Origin: Prorocentrum cordatum | Lineage: Eukaryota | Length of the DNA: 64,000 bases | Assembly (NCBI GenBank): GCA_963575745.1 | Contig: CAUYUJ010000048.1 | Coordinates: forward strand, 372,001-436,000 | Reading direction: 5' to 3' | Part shown: positions 38,900-51,900 of the stretch, piece by piece | Layout: each line of letters opens with the position of its first letter | Numbering within the stretch: the stretch's first letter is position 1 | Made by a program: the position numbers and the translations under genes | The notes under the pieces: generated by a model | What the model was told of the DNA's origin: nothing | The model's input: the letters and a program-made list of their open reading frames with translations, nothing else | The model's database searches: none

Positions 38900-39300
38900 G
38901 CTTATTGGTGCCAGCCTCCGCCTCGTCGTCCTGCTTCTCGTGCCCGTCCTACCTTTCTTCGTGTGCACGTTCCTCCGAAAGCGTGGCGCAGTGGCGTCCT
39001 GGAAAAAGTCAGGCGTTTCTCCACAGAGTCGGCCCCTGTGGGAGGGGTCCCCTGCTCCCGTCGCGGACCGCCAAGCGCGGTCCCTGCGCGAAGCGTTCCT
39101 TCGTGACCGGTGGAGGACCGTGCACCCCAGAGCACTGCCCCAGCTGCTGATCCTCAGCATCCCCCTGAAAGAATTGGTGCGGGCAACGTGCCCTGTCCAG
39201 TGGCCGAGCATGCTCCAACGCCCCATGCTTGCCACCCTGGTGGAACAGTGCTAGACCACGTTTCATTTCCTATGGTGCGCTTGCTTCGGCAAGCTACAGC
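38900..39300 (-). mobile_element. Possible degraded LINE C-terminal fragment
   Basis: RWSMLGHWTGHVART resembles the W.GHV.R motif downstream of the RT domain in RTE/CR1-like LINEs; lies in a lower-GC, non-repetitive block (about 37.9-39.85 kb). Motif only. Confidence 0.3.
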
Positions 39301-42300
39301 GGAGACGCTAAAACAAGGACCATGTGGGGTTCAGGAGAGGTTCTGGCTTTTGAGTCGTCCTTTGGAGCTAGCTCGGAGAGGTTATGTACGGTCGAAGCTC
39401 GACGTGTCCCTGACCCCTATCGATCTTGCAGCCTGGATTCTACAGGCGTCACCTCGTAGGTCAAGAACATGTGGCATCGGGCACAGGGCTCTCACAATGC
39501 CTCATGCACCTTGTCAAGAAAGTGCAGCAGGAGCATTGAATTGTGCTGGACCCTCGCAGCACGCAACCTCCAGGGGACAGAGTGCGGCGGCGGCACAGGA
39601 GTTCCACCTTTGGCCCCAGGATTCTCATTTACAGCCCCCCTTGTCCGCCCAGCGTGACCCCCAATCAGTGAGGACTGTAGAAGCCACACTGGATCATTGT
39701 TCATACTGCTATCAGGGTGCACCCGCTGACGTAATTTCACAGTGCCTCGGCAGGCCGGAGGGATTCTCGGCTCGAGTAGAGGGATGGGGAAAGCAGCATG
39801 TGTGCACACAGGCGGAATTGAAGGGAAGCCAGCGAGCAGAGATGGAGGCATGATGTTGATAAGGAGGAGGAGGAGTAGAATGTGTCGTGAGCAGAGCAGG
39901 AGGTAGAAGACTCGAATAAAGAAGTGCTTGAGCATGGGGATGACAAGGGGACTGATTTTGAGAGCGGGGGGGAGAGACAGGATAAACACATGGAGGCGAC
40001 ACATCGAGAGAGCGAGAGAGAGAGAGAGAGAGAGCCACCAAACTAATACAGAGGAATTGAGAATTGGAGGGGGGTGGCCTTCCTCTGCTTGCTTGGTCAC
40101 AGGACCAGAGAAGTAACACATAACATTGTTGACTGCTTTGGCTGGCGCCAACTTCGAGACAAACGAGTGCGACGTATATGAGGCGCACATCGGCCTGGTA
40201 CCGCGCGCGCCGAGCGCACTCTCGACCGACGTGGGGAGAGCACGCGGCATCTTGCAGCGCGAGACAACGGCGGCGGCGGGTCATTTCGGGACAGGGCTGG
40301 CAGTTCGCGAGCAAGCACTTCCACAGTGGCGCGCCTGGCGCACGGTTCTCGCATTGCCGTCGAGCCCGTGCGCAGAGGAGCTGCCGCCGATGAGGAAACG
40401 AGCCCCCCCTGCGGATGGAGGGCGCCCGCGGGGGCGCTGGCCTGGCCCCGCGCCCCACCGGGGCAGGCCAGCTTGCCCAGCCCCGCCCCGAACGGCCCGA
40501 TAGCTCGCGTTCTCGTGGCCGCCGCGCTGTCCCTGCGCGCCTCCTTGCTGGAGGAGCTCGGCGGATCCGTTCGGCAGCCCGCCCGTCCCCATGCGACGCG
40601 AGCTCCCTGCGGGGCCGCTGCCGCCCCCCCACCAGGGCAGGGGTGTTCGTGCAGCGTCGGACGGGAAGGAGGGGGTCGCCGTTGCGAGGAGGTGGCCACG
40701 TGGCCGGGCAGTCCCACGAAGTCTCCGACGCGACCCCGAAGCGGTCTCCGAAGCCCATGGTCGGTGGCGTGACGTTTTGTTTCAGGAGTGGCGTGTGGGC
40801 CTGTTTTCTTTTGCTCCCAGGGAGTCCGGGATCGATTCTGCGCGCCCTGCCGGTGGTCGCCCGCAGAAGTTTTCGTTTGCAGAGTCTCGTGGCCGTCGAC
40901 TTGGAGCCCGCGCCGTGGCCGCGGCTGCGAGTTCGAGTGCCATGTTCGGAGGGATGCGAGCGATGTCGAGTCCGCCCACGAGCCCAGGTGCTGACCGTGA
41001 GGCAGGGCTACGCCCACACGGACTCCACACCCGTGGCTGCGGGCTGCAGCGCCGTTGCATGCGTTCAGGGTGGCTCCTGGCCGAGCCACAGGGGCATGTT
41101 CACCGAGTCTAGGCTCAAATCGGGCATGTCCCTCGACAGGAGGAATGTCCGAGAATGGTCAAACATGCTCTGGGGACGACTTGTCGTGCTCTTCGGATTT
41201 GCTGTTCTTCTGTTTGGTAATTTTTATGTGTCTTCCAATATCCGCCTGGAGGAGGACCAGGGTGGGCCTGGCCAGGATCAGCGTAGGTGTTCCGTCGGTG
41301 ACCTCCCCAAGCTGAGCGACGACTACGGATGGCGGATGGCCATGTGTGGCACGCGGCGATGCCCTGGGCAATGCTTCACGCATTGGGCTCTGGTCCTGGT
41401 CGTGGGCTTCGTCGTCGCAGCTGGGATGAGCGATCGTCTCCTCCGGAGCTCTCCCCCGCGGCAGCAAGCCGTGCTGCAGGCCAGACGTCCGGCCGCTCCT
41501 CCTCTGTCGAGGCGTGGGCCCCGCAGATGTCCGGGCCACTTCCCTACAGGGCCGGCTGTTTCGTCCCGAAGCCGTCCTCCGACGTGGCGAGCCCCTTCTC
41601 GCCGTGAGCTTCCCGTCCTGCTGAAGACGTGGCCCGAGCCTCTTCTCTGGCGTGGCGAGCCCCTCCTCGCCGCGGCCGGCTCTCTCGTCCCGAAGGCGCT
41701 CTCCGACGGGCTCTCGAGGCCCGGCGAGGGCCCCCCCGGAGGCCGCACGTGGCGGGCCTCCTCCCGCCGTGGGCTCTTCTCGTGGCACGCGGGGGGGGGG
41801 TTCTCGGATGCGCTCCCGCGGCTGCAGCTGTTTGAGGCCGTGCGCCCCCCCCCCGGCGTCCTGCACTCCTGGTCCCCCTCCTCCTCCTCCTCCTCCTCCT
41901 CCTCCTCCTCCTCCTCCTCCTCCTCCTCCTCCTCCTCCCGATCCCAGGTGATTCCCGGATCCCCCCGGCCTGCCCTCCTGCACTTCGGAGATTGATAAGA
42001 CCTCCTACCCTGACGCGTCGATGAGTGAATCGGCCGTCTTCGGTTCGCGAGAGGGCGCCGCGGCCGTCCTTTCTGCGGGTCCAGGTCCGTCGGTTTCGGT
42101 CCCGGGCCGCTTTCACTGAGGGGAGGTCTACGAAAGGGAGGCCTGTCCACCGCCGATGCACCCCCCCATCCTGCACTCCCGGATTTGAAGTCTGTATTGC
42201 CCGAGTTCGGGCGTCGCTCCTCGTGCTGCTCTGCGCCTCCCCTCCGAGAGCGAGGTCCGACCTGAAGCGTACAGCCGAGCCTTGGCCTTTTCTAGGCCTC

Positions 42301-42953
42301 CCAGATGGAGTCCGAGTAGACGGGGTCGGAGGATCGCGCCGCTTCGCCGATGCATCGCCCACGTCGACGATGCATCGCTGGTGCACCGCGGATGCATCGC
42401 TGATGCATCGCCGATGTCTCGGCGATGCGGCGCGATCCTCCGACACCCTCTAGTAGGATCAGGATTAAGTCGGGCATGTCCCTCTACAGGAGGAATGTTC
42501 CAAACTAGTAAAAAAAATAGTCTTGGGACGATGTTTTCACCACGTTTGGCCATTTTGAATTTTTGGGGGGTCTTTTCTATTTCTCGTCCAAGATCCGCCT
42601 GTAAGGGGGACACGCCCAACCTCGTACTAGGACCCCATCGAGGAGGCCTCTACTCATTGAGGATCCCCCCTCGAGGCCTCTACTAATTGAGGAGGAGGCC
42701 TCTACTAATTGAGGATCCCCTTTGAGGAGGCCTCCTAGGACCCCTTCGAACGCCTTCGAGGAGGAGGCCCCTACTATTTGAGCAGGAGGCCTCCTAGGAC
42801 CCCATCGAGGATGCCTCTACTCATTGAGGATCCCCCCCCGCCCCGGGGCGCCTCGCCGCCAGGCCAGCACAGGGCGACAGGCCGACCCTCGCCGCGCGCC
42901 ACCCGCGGCCGCCGCCGTGCTCGCGCGCACACGCGCCCGCGCGGGCCGTGCCT

Positions 42954-43312
42954 GATGGGCTTGTGGTTCTCCACCACCACCACCACAAGTAGGAGGGGGA
43001 GTGGGTCCTCCTCCTCCTCCTCCTCCTCCTCCTCCTCCTCCTCCTCCTCCTCCTCCACCTCCTCCTCAGCTCACCGAGCGCGTTCCACTACTCGCAAAGC
43101 GCCTACTCGCAAGCGCCCGAAAACCACATGTCTGCTTCGATGTAATTTCTCGTAGATCCCCCGCGGCGGATCCAGGCCATTTGCAAGTAGCTACTTTGCG
43201 AGTAGTGGAACGCGCTCGTCTATCAGCTTCGTCCTCCTCCTCCTCCTCCTCCTCGTCCTCCACCTCCCCCCCTTCCAACTTGTGGTGGTGGTGGTGGAGA
43301 ACAGGCCCATCA
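42954..43312. mobile_element. TIR element (gatgggc...ccaccaccaccacca) with internal (GGA/TCC)n; second copy 23836-24114
   Basis: Inverted termini in both copies; this copy hosts the nested 43073-43222 MITE. Confidence 0.7.
43073..43222. mobile_element. About 150-bp MITE (TIR cgagcgcgttccactactcgcaaag); other copies at about 2451-2614 (inverted) and 24247-24397
   Basis: Near-perfect 25-bp TIR and homologous interiors in three copies. Confidence 0.8.
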
Positions 43313-45162
43313 GTTCCGATACCGGGAGAAGTGCACAGGCTTCACGAGGATCGGGGGCGGCCAAGAGGGGGGGGCGACTAGGAGGGGGGGGCGCCCAGAC
43401 CACCTCGCGCTGTGAAAAAAACATCTTGGCGGCAGGTTTCTCGCTGTGTTCATCCTCCCGGGGGGCCTTTCCTGGGCCTCCAGACTTTCAAAACACGACA
43501 CAGGATTGACAAATCCGTCCCGGGGAAAGGGTCCAGACCTCTGGGGGTCGACGTTGTGACAAAATCACGACGTCGGGGGTCGGGGTATCATGGCGGGGAC
43601 CACGATATCGCCCCAGATTTCATGGCGCCTCTTCTTGTTTCATTACGTCCTCAGCCCCACCCCTGTGCCGCGCACGTGCTGCTGGCCATGATTTGCGCCC
43701 CACCCTCTTGGACGCCCCCCTCGTGGACGCCCCCGAGAGGAGGATCTCCAGGAGGTGGCACTGAGATCCCCGAGGTCGAGGTTCAATGTGTGAGGCGTGG
43801 GGCTGTTCTCGCCGGTGGTCGGCGGAGTCCAGCCTCGGGGCGCTCCCCAGCAGCTGCGCCTCGCCGAGAGCCGTGCAGGGGTACCCGGATCGCCCCAAAC
43901 GGCCACTGGAGAGCCGAGTGTGGCTGAAAGTGGACGCAAGGCGCGACGGCACGAGAGTATCATTTTGATTCCTGGGCGATAGCGGCCGTTACAGGGGGGG
44001 AAAGGTGGCGGCGGGGCAGGTCACGCCACTTTTCTCGCTGGCGCCGTCTGCGAATGTCTAGGAGGGCGGCCGAGGCTGGTTAACCGCCGCTTGCGCGACA
44101 AACAAACAACGCACTACACCGGCGAATGTTAGCTTGTGATTGATAAATGATGGACCCCCCCCCGGAGCTGATGAATCAACCGCGCGGGCGCGAAACATCG
44201 TTTTCAAACACACGCGCCGCCTCCGCGCGGGGGCGCGCCCGCGGAGTGAAGCGCAATGTCTGTGCTGGCGTTGCGCCCATGCGCTGCGACTTGGTTCTTT
44301 CGCGGGCCCCGCCGCGCGCGCAGCCCGCTGCATTGGGCGTGTGAGCGTGCGCCGCCTGGGGCCAGAGGGTTCGTTGAGGCCCTGGTCTTGTTTGCTCGTC
44401 CGGCCCACGTAGTCATCCCCGAATGGCCGCTTTGCCGCCCCCCCCTGGCGCGTGTGCGAATTGAAGCCCAGCTTGACTTATCCTTCGGGCTCGTGTGTAA
44501 CAAACTCATCTCCCGCCTTCATCTCCAGAAGGGCGCGGCGAAGGAAGAGGAGGAGGAGGAGGAGGAGGAGGAGGAGGAAATGGAAAACGAGGAGGAGGAG
44601 GAGGAGGAAACGGATGGGGAGGAGCAGGAGGAGGGAGGACGAGGAGGAGGAGGAGGAGGACGAGGAGGAGGAGGTGGAGGAGGAGGAGGAGGAGGAGGAG
44701 GAGGAGGAGGAGGAAGAGGAGAAAGAGGAGGAGGAGGAGGAGGAAGAGGAGAAAGAGGAGGAGGAGGAGGAGGAAGAGGATGAAGAGGAGGAGGAGGAGG
44801 AGGAAGAGGAGGAGAAAAAGGAACCGCCCTCCATCCGCGAAGCTCTCTGCACCCTTTCAAGGCGAATGAGCGCGTTTCCTTCAGGGTCCGTTTCCGTCGC
44901 GGCGAGGGGGTCTCCGCTCGACTGCGAAACAGGAAAGTAACGCGGCGGTGGCGGCGGCGGCCCCTTCCTCAGCCGCCCCTGCCTCCCGCCCCCCAAGTCC
45001 GTGGCCAATTTGGCCCGCCTCGGCCCCTGCCCCCAGTCTTGCCCGAGTCCCGCCCAGTCGCCCCAGTGTCGCCCCGTCTCGCCCAGTCGCCCCCCAGTCG
45101 CCCCTGCCATATTTGCACCCCGTCGCCCCGGTTCCTGCCGCCCTTGCTTCTGCTGCCCCCAG

Positions 45163-45184
45163 TGCGTGGCCATTTTGGCCCGAG
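45163..45184 (+). other. Relic dinoflagellate spliced-leader-like motif; weaker copy at 44998-45019
   Basis: tgcgtggccattttggcccgag vs DCCGTAGCCATTTTGGCTCAAG matches 18/22; tccgtggccaatttggcccgcc matches 16/22. Confidence 0.55.
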
Positions 45185-46601
45185 CGCCCCGCTGCAACGG
45201 AGGCGCTGCTTCTCCTGTCGCCCTCTCGCTGTCAGCTGGGCGTCGGCGCCGATCACCGGCGCCGCTTTCGCCCGCGTTCATTTGGCGGGCGCCTCCCCCG
45301 CGACTCGCCCACCCGAGCAGGGTGTTTTGTTGTAATCGCGCGCCCCGCTTGTCTTGATGAGGCACAAGGTTACACTCGCCGGTATCGTTCCGACCCACCT
45401 CGCCCTCCCAGCTGACCTTGGTGAGCGCGTGTCGGTCGTCAGTTTATGTCCGTGGGCGCCGTGCAGCTTAAATTACGGCGTTCGTTTCGGATTGTTCCGG
45501 ATATCTCAGCGACCCGCTTGACAGTGATGTTGCATTCGTTTCCCGAGTTTGTAGCTGGCTGCCTCCGAGGCCAAATGTGAGCTCATGCGGCGTCGTCTAT
45601 GGGTTTCGGAGCTTGCTCTGGAGAGGGTGTAGGGGGCCCTTGGGTTTCGGGGTGGCTTCCAGCGGCTACGCCGCGTCGAGAATCCTCTGGGTACCCGAGC
45701 GGCCGCCCCAGCTCCGAGTCGTCGAGCGGACCCCGGGCCTCTCTTCTCATGCGGCGTCTGAGACTAATGGGCCGCGGAACGGGCAGAATAATGGGCTCAG
45801 TCCAAGCGGGGCGGCGCTGATGTGAAACCTTCGGCAGCGGAAGGGACGCGCAGCCTTAACGGGCAGCCAGACTGGGTTCAGCGCCGATTGGGCTCAGAAG
45901 CGACATGCGAGGTGCGGTTTCAGCACGCGCGGACGGCTTGAATTGTGTGTTGGCCGCTCGTTCTTGGACGCCTTGAAATTGCAGCACTTCCTTTGTGTCT
46001 CTCTTGGCGGCTACCAGCCCATATGTTTTGTCGCAAGTGTGCTTTGTCGAGGGCCGTCCGTGGACGACGGAGTCGCCCCGAACAGTCGCCCGAGGCCTGA
46101 CATCATTGCGGCTCGAGCGCGAGCCAAGTGGAGGAGGAGTCTCTAGGCGGCGCTCAGAAACCTCGACTTACGGTTAAGCCCATTTCGGATAAAGGGGCCA
46201 TCGCGGATCGGGCCAGGTCAAGATATGACGATGACAAGGTGGAGCCGTTGGTGGTTGCGTTTCTATTGTGCGACGTCGGATGTCGGGGCCCTCTTTTTCG
46301 GGGAACTCCAGGTGCGCGTCAACACCGATCCTGGCCAGGCCCATCTTGGGCCCTGTGTAGGCACGCGCGCCCTCCTCGTACAGCCTGTTGAATCACCCTT
46401 CCTGCCCCGCACGCCTCTGTTGGCCTCCTCCCAACCCTCCGTCCCTGCGGGCCCCCTGGCGCAAGGCCCCCGCGACGGAGCCCCTGCCGGATTTATGGGC
46501 CCGCCGCCCACGAGTCGTCGTTGCCTCGGGTGACGGCAGCGTCGGCGCCGACGTCGCCCGCGCCGAACGGCGACGAAAGCACGGGCCGAACGGCGATGCC
46601 A

Positions 46602-46639
<38 letters not shown>

Positions 46640-46704
46640 CACGACGACGACGACGATGATGACGACGAAGGTGCCGACGACGAAGGTGCCGACGACGAAG
46701 GTGC

Positions 46705-46749
<45 letters not shown>

Positions 46750-47543
46750 AGGAGCCGGCGGCCTCTACGACGACGCGACGCCACGTCCGCAACAAAAATC
46801 CGCGGCCGCCGCCGCGGGCCGACGCGGTGGCCCCGCCCTGCTCGCGCGCGCGCGCGCCAGGGCGCAGGAGCGAGTCGCCGCCGCCTCGGGGCTCGGGCAG
46901 AGAGCTGGACAGGAGAGCGCTGCCCGCCCGCGCTGCTGCGCTCCTCCCGAAGGTCCTTGTCGATCCGATCGATCCGATTCGATACGGTATGGGGCATTCG
47001 ATATGGAACGTGCCCAGGATGCTTCAGACCTTGGGAGGTTCCTTATCTAATGAGGGCGGCGGTGATATACATGGCCAATCCACGATCGAGGTTCCACTGG
47101 CTTCGAGACACTGGATTCCTTATCCATTGGTTCCTGATCCAATGCCCTCACCGCATCAATCCCTGAGCCCTCGACCCGACTCGGTTCCCACGTCCTGACG
47201 ATCCAGTGCGGCTCGATGCCTGCATGGCGCTGCTTGTGCATCCTGGGTCGCAGCCGACGGCCGATCCGATTTCGATTCCGTGCATGCCTGTGCAGACCCC
47301 GCCGGGGGGGGGGGGGTCTGGGAATGCCACGAGGCGGAGTGAGGAGGGGAAGGAGGAGGGGGATGAGGGAGGGGGAGGAGGAGAAGGAGGAGGAGGAGGA
47401 GGAGGGGGAGGAGGAGGATCCGAGCCCGGTGCCGTGCTGAGCTCTTGCTCGGTGGAGCATGTTCGGAGGCTGCCGGAAGGGTTCGTTGGGCACCCCTGCC
47501 TGCTGCAGCAGGCGTGCCATTCGGGCACCCCAGAGCATACCAC

Positions 47544-47692
47544 TAGGGGGCCACGTGCGAACCCTGCCCCTGCCCCCCACGATTTCTGAGGGGGGGGGTC
47601 ACTTCGTTCGGGAGCTCCCGAGCGAGGTGAACCCTGCCCTCCCCCTCAGAGATCTTGGGGGGGTAGGGGTAGGGTTCGCATGTGGCCCCCTA
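47544..47692. mobile_element. 149-bp foldback MITE (whole element palindromic)
   Basis: tagggggccacgtgcgaaccct...agggttcgcatgtggcccccta; arms pair almost to the centre (gggagctccc). Confidence 0.85.
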
Positions 47693-49619
47693 ACTACTGT
47701 GTCCGGCGGGCATCGCCGCAGAGCCAACCGTCGGGCGTTTCGTGCTCGGCGCAGTCGAGGAGAACATCACACATGCCATCGTAGATGTTTCGGCGGAGGA
47801 GGGGGAAGGAGGAGGAATTGGAGGCGGAATATGGAGCATGAGGAGGAGGAGGGCGAGGAGGAGGAGGAGGAGGAGGAGGAGGAGGAGGAGGAGGAGGAGA
47901 AGGGTTCGTTGGGCAAGGTGGATTTTCGCCAGGCCTGAGGCCCCCACGGCCCGACCTGAGGCCCCCCGAGCTGACCCGGGGCGCCCCAGCAGCGCCTTCG
48001 AACAATCACCCTTCTTGCACGAGGCCTCGCCGTTCCAGGCCTGCGCCACGTGTGTGGCGCTGCACTGTCGGTGCCGCGCTTTTCCCGTGACCGTGGTGCG
48101 TTCCTGCTGGGATCGCATACCGCTTGAGGCGGCGGAGAGCTCGAGGGATCCACCCACCAGAAAAAGAAATAAGGTTGATCCTGTCCATCACCGCCGCCCG
48201 GGAGATCGTTCTTCGGGGAGTGCGGCAGGCGATGGGTATGGATACGTGTGGTCCCGCCAGGGCCCGACTATATATCCCCGCCCTCCGAGGTCCCCGAAGA
48301 GCAGTACCCCAGGCGCTGGTGATGGATCAATCCCCGCCTTGCAGCTTGGGGGGGTCGAACCCCGAGGGTCGAGGTGTTGGCGTATCCTTCCGCTCTGCCT
48401 GGGCGCCTGTCAGGTGCAACGTTCAGGGGGGACGCGCTCAGGGGGATGCGTCATTCAGGAGGGGAAACAACACACAGACACAATTCATCGACGATTCCCC
48501 AGAAAATATGGGAAACTATGGTAAGTGGCGGGGAAGACAAAAAAACCCGAAATATGTGAAAATATGGGGAATCGTTCTATTTGTGTGTATTTATTTGTGT
48601 GTCCTGGGGCCCCTTTAGTCATGCTCTCTGCGCCCGTTGATCGCCGATGGGGGGCCCCGCTGGCCTGCCTCCGCCAGGGCCGTGCGGCTTCGCCATCGGG
48701 GGGGCCCATCGCCGACCTCTCGGCGGTGCACCGCCGGCTCCGGGTGGACACCTGCCCTTGGCATCGCTCGGACGTGTGCATTGTTCCATTGTTCTTTCGG
48801 CGAGGACCATCTAGGAGCATCCCTGATCATCTGGCGAAAAAAAAAACCACGCACGGACGTCCGAGCGATGGCGAGTGCCCCCCTGGGCCGGCCCCCCTCC
48901 GCTGCCGCCCCTCCGCCCCCACCATATAGGGCTCGGAGGATGCAGGCCCGCTGCTCGAGGCCCTGACGGTGCTCTTCGTCGCTCCGCCGCGGCGTCGGGG
49001 GGGGCGCCCTCGTCGCCACGGCCGGATGTGCCCCGGAGCTCTGCTCCGCTTGTGCCGGGCGGGCGGTGATAATTATGCGGGGTGGCCCAGAGGGGGGGGG
49101 GGAAGGAAACAGGGCCCCATAAGGGGCCTCTTTTGGGCACCAGCTGGCCACGGCAGGGGCCCTGCATGGCCCCGTCGGGCCCTTGTTTCCCCAATCGGTG
49201 CTTGCACCGAAGGGGGTCCTAGCGGAAATTGGGAGGTTTGGCGAAAGTGTCCCGCCGGTTTTGGTGGCCGGTTGGGTTCCGGGGTTCCCGGTTTTGGGTT
49301 CCCGGGTTCCTGGCCATTGGTTCTGCAGAGTCCGATTTCGGTGGTATAATTCCGGGTTCCGGGCTCCCGGTCGATCTCCTTATCGAATTCTTTACCGATC
49401 CCATTTCAGACCATCCAGTAATTGGGTTTTTTCTCTGGTGTATTTTTTCTTCGCCTTCCATTTTCAGGAGTGAAAAATATGGGGAATCTTGTTATTTGTG
49501 TATATCCGTAATGGCTTCGCCCCATGCCGCCGGCCCCCTGTCTCGGATAATGGGAAATGCAAAAGCTAAATCATGAGGTTTGGGCGTCGCCGTGAAGCAG
49601 TGTCGGGACCTGTTTGTTT

Positions 49620-50080
49620 TTCGACCCTGACCCTACGGATCTGCGTGAGGGGTGCCGCCGAATTTCAGAAATGTGGCAAATCCCATGTGTTTTTGGACCC
49701 TGACCCTGCCGATCTGCGTGTGCCAGCGAATTTCAGAAATGTGGCAAAACCCATATGTTTTTGCAGCCTGACCCCGCCGATCTGCGTGAGGGGTGCCGCC
49801 GAATTTCAGAGATGTGGCAAATCCCATGTGTTTTTGGACCCTGACCCTGCCGACCTGCGTGTGCCAGCGAATTTCAGAAATGTGGCAAATCCCATATGTT
49901 TTTGCAGCCTGACCCCGCCGATCTGCGTGAGGGGTGCCGCCGAATTTCAGAGATGTGGCAAATCCCATGTGTTTTTGCACCCTGACCCCGCCGATCTGCG
50001 TGAGGGGTGCCGCCGAATGTCAGAAATGTGGCGAATCGCCTGTGCTTTTGGACCCTGACCCCGCCGATCTGCGTGAGGGA
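49620..50080. repeat. Minisatellite with alternating units of about 68 and 73 bp (dimer about 141 bp)
   Basis: gatctgcgtg...gaatttcagaaatgtggcaaatcccat...ctgaccccgcc, 6-7 units. Confidence 0.9.
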
Positions 50081-51559
50081 CGCAAATCTTTACCCACCCT
50101 AGCAATTCAGAGCACACGCTCAGGGCGTGGCAAAAATGCCCGTTTTGGGTCTGACCCCCTCGCGCGGTCCATCAACAAGAACAGTAAGCAGCAAGAAGCA
50201 GAACTGTAACAGTGGAAGCTGGAAGCTGCAACTGGTACAGGAAACTGCGAACCTTCGGCCTACAGCCTGGTGGCCCCACCAGCGGGGCAGGCGGATTTAT
50301 GTGTATGTCCCAGGGCCCCTTCACATTTGGGTCACCACCCGCTGCCACCCGCCCGATGTTTGGCCCTCCGAGCCGCCCAGGCCCCCTCGCGCCATGGAGA
50401 ATAGCCACCAGCGGAGGACTCCTTCGGCCACCTTCGGCTCCCCGGGGCCCTCTGCCAGGCCCCGTTGCCGTCAGGGACTGCTCAGAGCGATCGGGCGGGT
50501 GCCGAATGGGCTTGGCATCGCTCGGACGTGTGCATTTTTTCCCGGCGAGGACCATCGAGGAGCATCTTTGATCATTCAGCGAAAAAAAAAAAACACGCAC
50601 GAAATCGAAGAAGGCACGGGGAATGGACGTCCGAGCGATGGCGAGTGGGGGGGGTGACTGAAAGGGGGGGGTGAAGGAAAGAACGTTCTGTCGGGCGTGT
50701 CCCTGCAGGAGGAATATTCAGGAATAGTAGAAAGATCATCTGGGGACGATTTTTGACTGTTTTCGGTTTCTTTGTTGGTGTCTTGACATTTTTTTTACTT
50801 GCAAGATCCCCCTGTAGGAGGACATGTCCGACCTAAGGGTGGTAGTGGGGGGGTGACTGACATGGGGGGTGAAGAAAAGGGCCCAAAACGGGCCCGCGCA
50901 GTGAAGCATGCACGGCGCCTGTGGTTGTTGTCGTCATCCCCTGCGCCCGACCGCCAGCGGCCCACCCTCCTCGATGTATAGCCCGTTGGTTCCCTGTACT
51001 GTGCACATCAGAGGTGCACACCGGTCGCTGAGAGCAAGTATTCTTGGATTGTCAGGTCCCAGTCTAACCTTTTCAGGCGCCTTCCTCCCTCAAGACTCGA
51101 TCTGTCTTTGTTGTTCTCTGTTGTTCCTTGGGCGGGCCCGAGCCCAATCTGTTTCATCCGCCTTCCTACTCCATGTTTCCACTATCTTCTTCCGACAGGC
51201 GGGTAATGGCAGCATCCAGGTAGCAGGTGCAGTGCGAGTGTGTTAATGTTGCGCGCGGGCCCTGGGGCTGCCTGGACGATGTATTTCAGCCCGCAGTCGC
51301 TTGCCCACGATATCGCAACGTGATTCTTCCCCAGATAGCACTTCGGATGCAACTCCTAGGAGATCAAATTCTGACTTTGCACTGGTCCGAAATCTGGCTT
51401 AATCCCGCTGAATCCGTTTTAATCCCGCCCAATCTGGCTTAATCCCGCCTGCTCCGCGGCCTAATCCGACGTAGCAGCCCCCCAATGGGGTTTCATCCTC
51501 TTTAATCCTTCCGACGATGACCTCCCAGTAGTTGCCTCTGAAAACAGCGTCGGTTGTAA

Positions 51560-51900
51560 GGTTTTCAGTGATCACCGAGAGGGGAGTGGTTGGTCAGAAG
51601 CAGGTTCGGACGCAAGGGCAGCTTGCCCCCGATCGGCCTCCAGGAATCCATGTCTCCTGGTTGACTTTTGCTCTTGTGTCGGGAGGTGGCAATTAATTGG
51701 TTCACGCGGTCGTTGAGGGAGACTGTGCTTCGCAGCAGGGTGGTCCGAGGAAGCCCCCAGAGGTTCCCAAAAGGCGACCAGGAAACCTTCCGCAACAACA
51801 ACATTGAGGAAGACGGGGAAGGGCTCGCAGGGTAATGCGAGAACGAGGGACAGGAAACGGGAATATGAGGGACGGAGAAGGGAACATACATTTCCCACGG
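51560..51900 (-). mobile_element. Possible degraded LINE RT N-terminal fragment
   Basis: HKSKSQPGDMDSWRPI (51631-51680) resembles the K....(Y/W)RPI start of non-LTR RT; no downstream RT motifs visible. Confidence 0.25.

Noticed and set aside
41300..41480. LQHGLLPRGR as a Tpt1/ADP-ribosyltransferase-like motif (- strand)
   Set aside because: No accompanying H-G-T or R..VH motifs; insufficient support.
40415..41995. 526-aa ORF
   Set aside because: Crosses a MITE (41116-41270) and a (TCC)n tract; composition is that of a GC-rich open frame with no domain.
49620..50080. Regularly spaced repeats (also 42630-42835, 61640-62270, 9270-10250) as CRISPR arrays
   Set aside because: Inter-repeat sequence is itself repeated, there are no unique spacers or cas genes, and the context is eukaryotic.
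51400..51545. Minus-strand NYWEVIVGRIKEDETPLG resembling a Nudix box start
   Set aside because: Continues GCYVGLG rather than AA.RE..EE and runs into a ttaatcccg repeat; motif incomplete.
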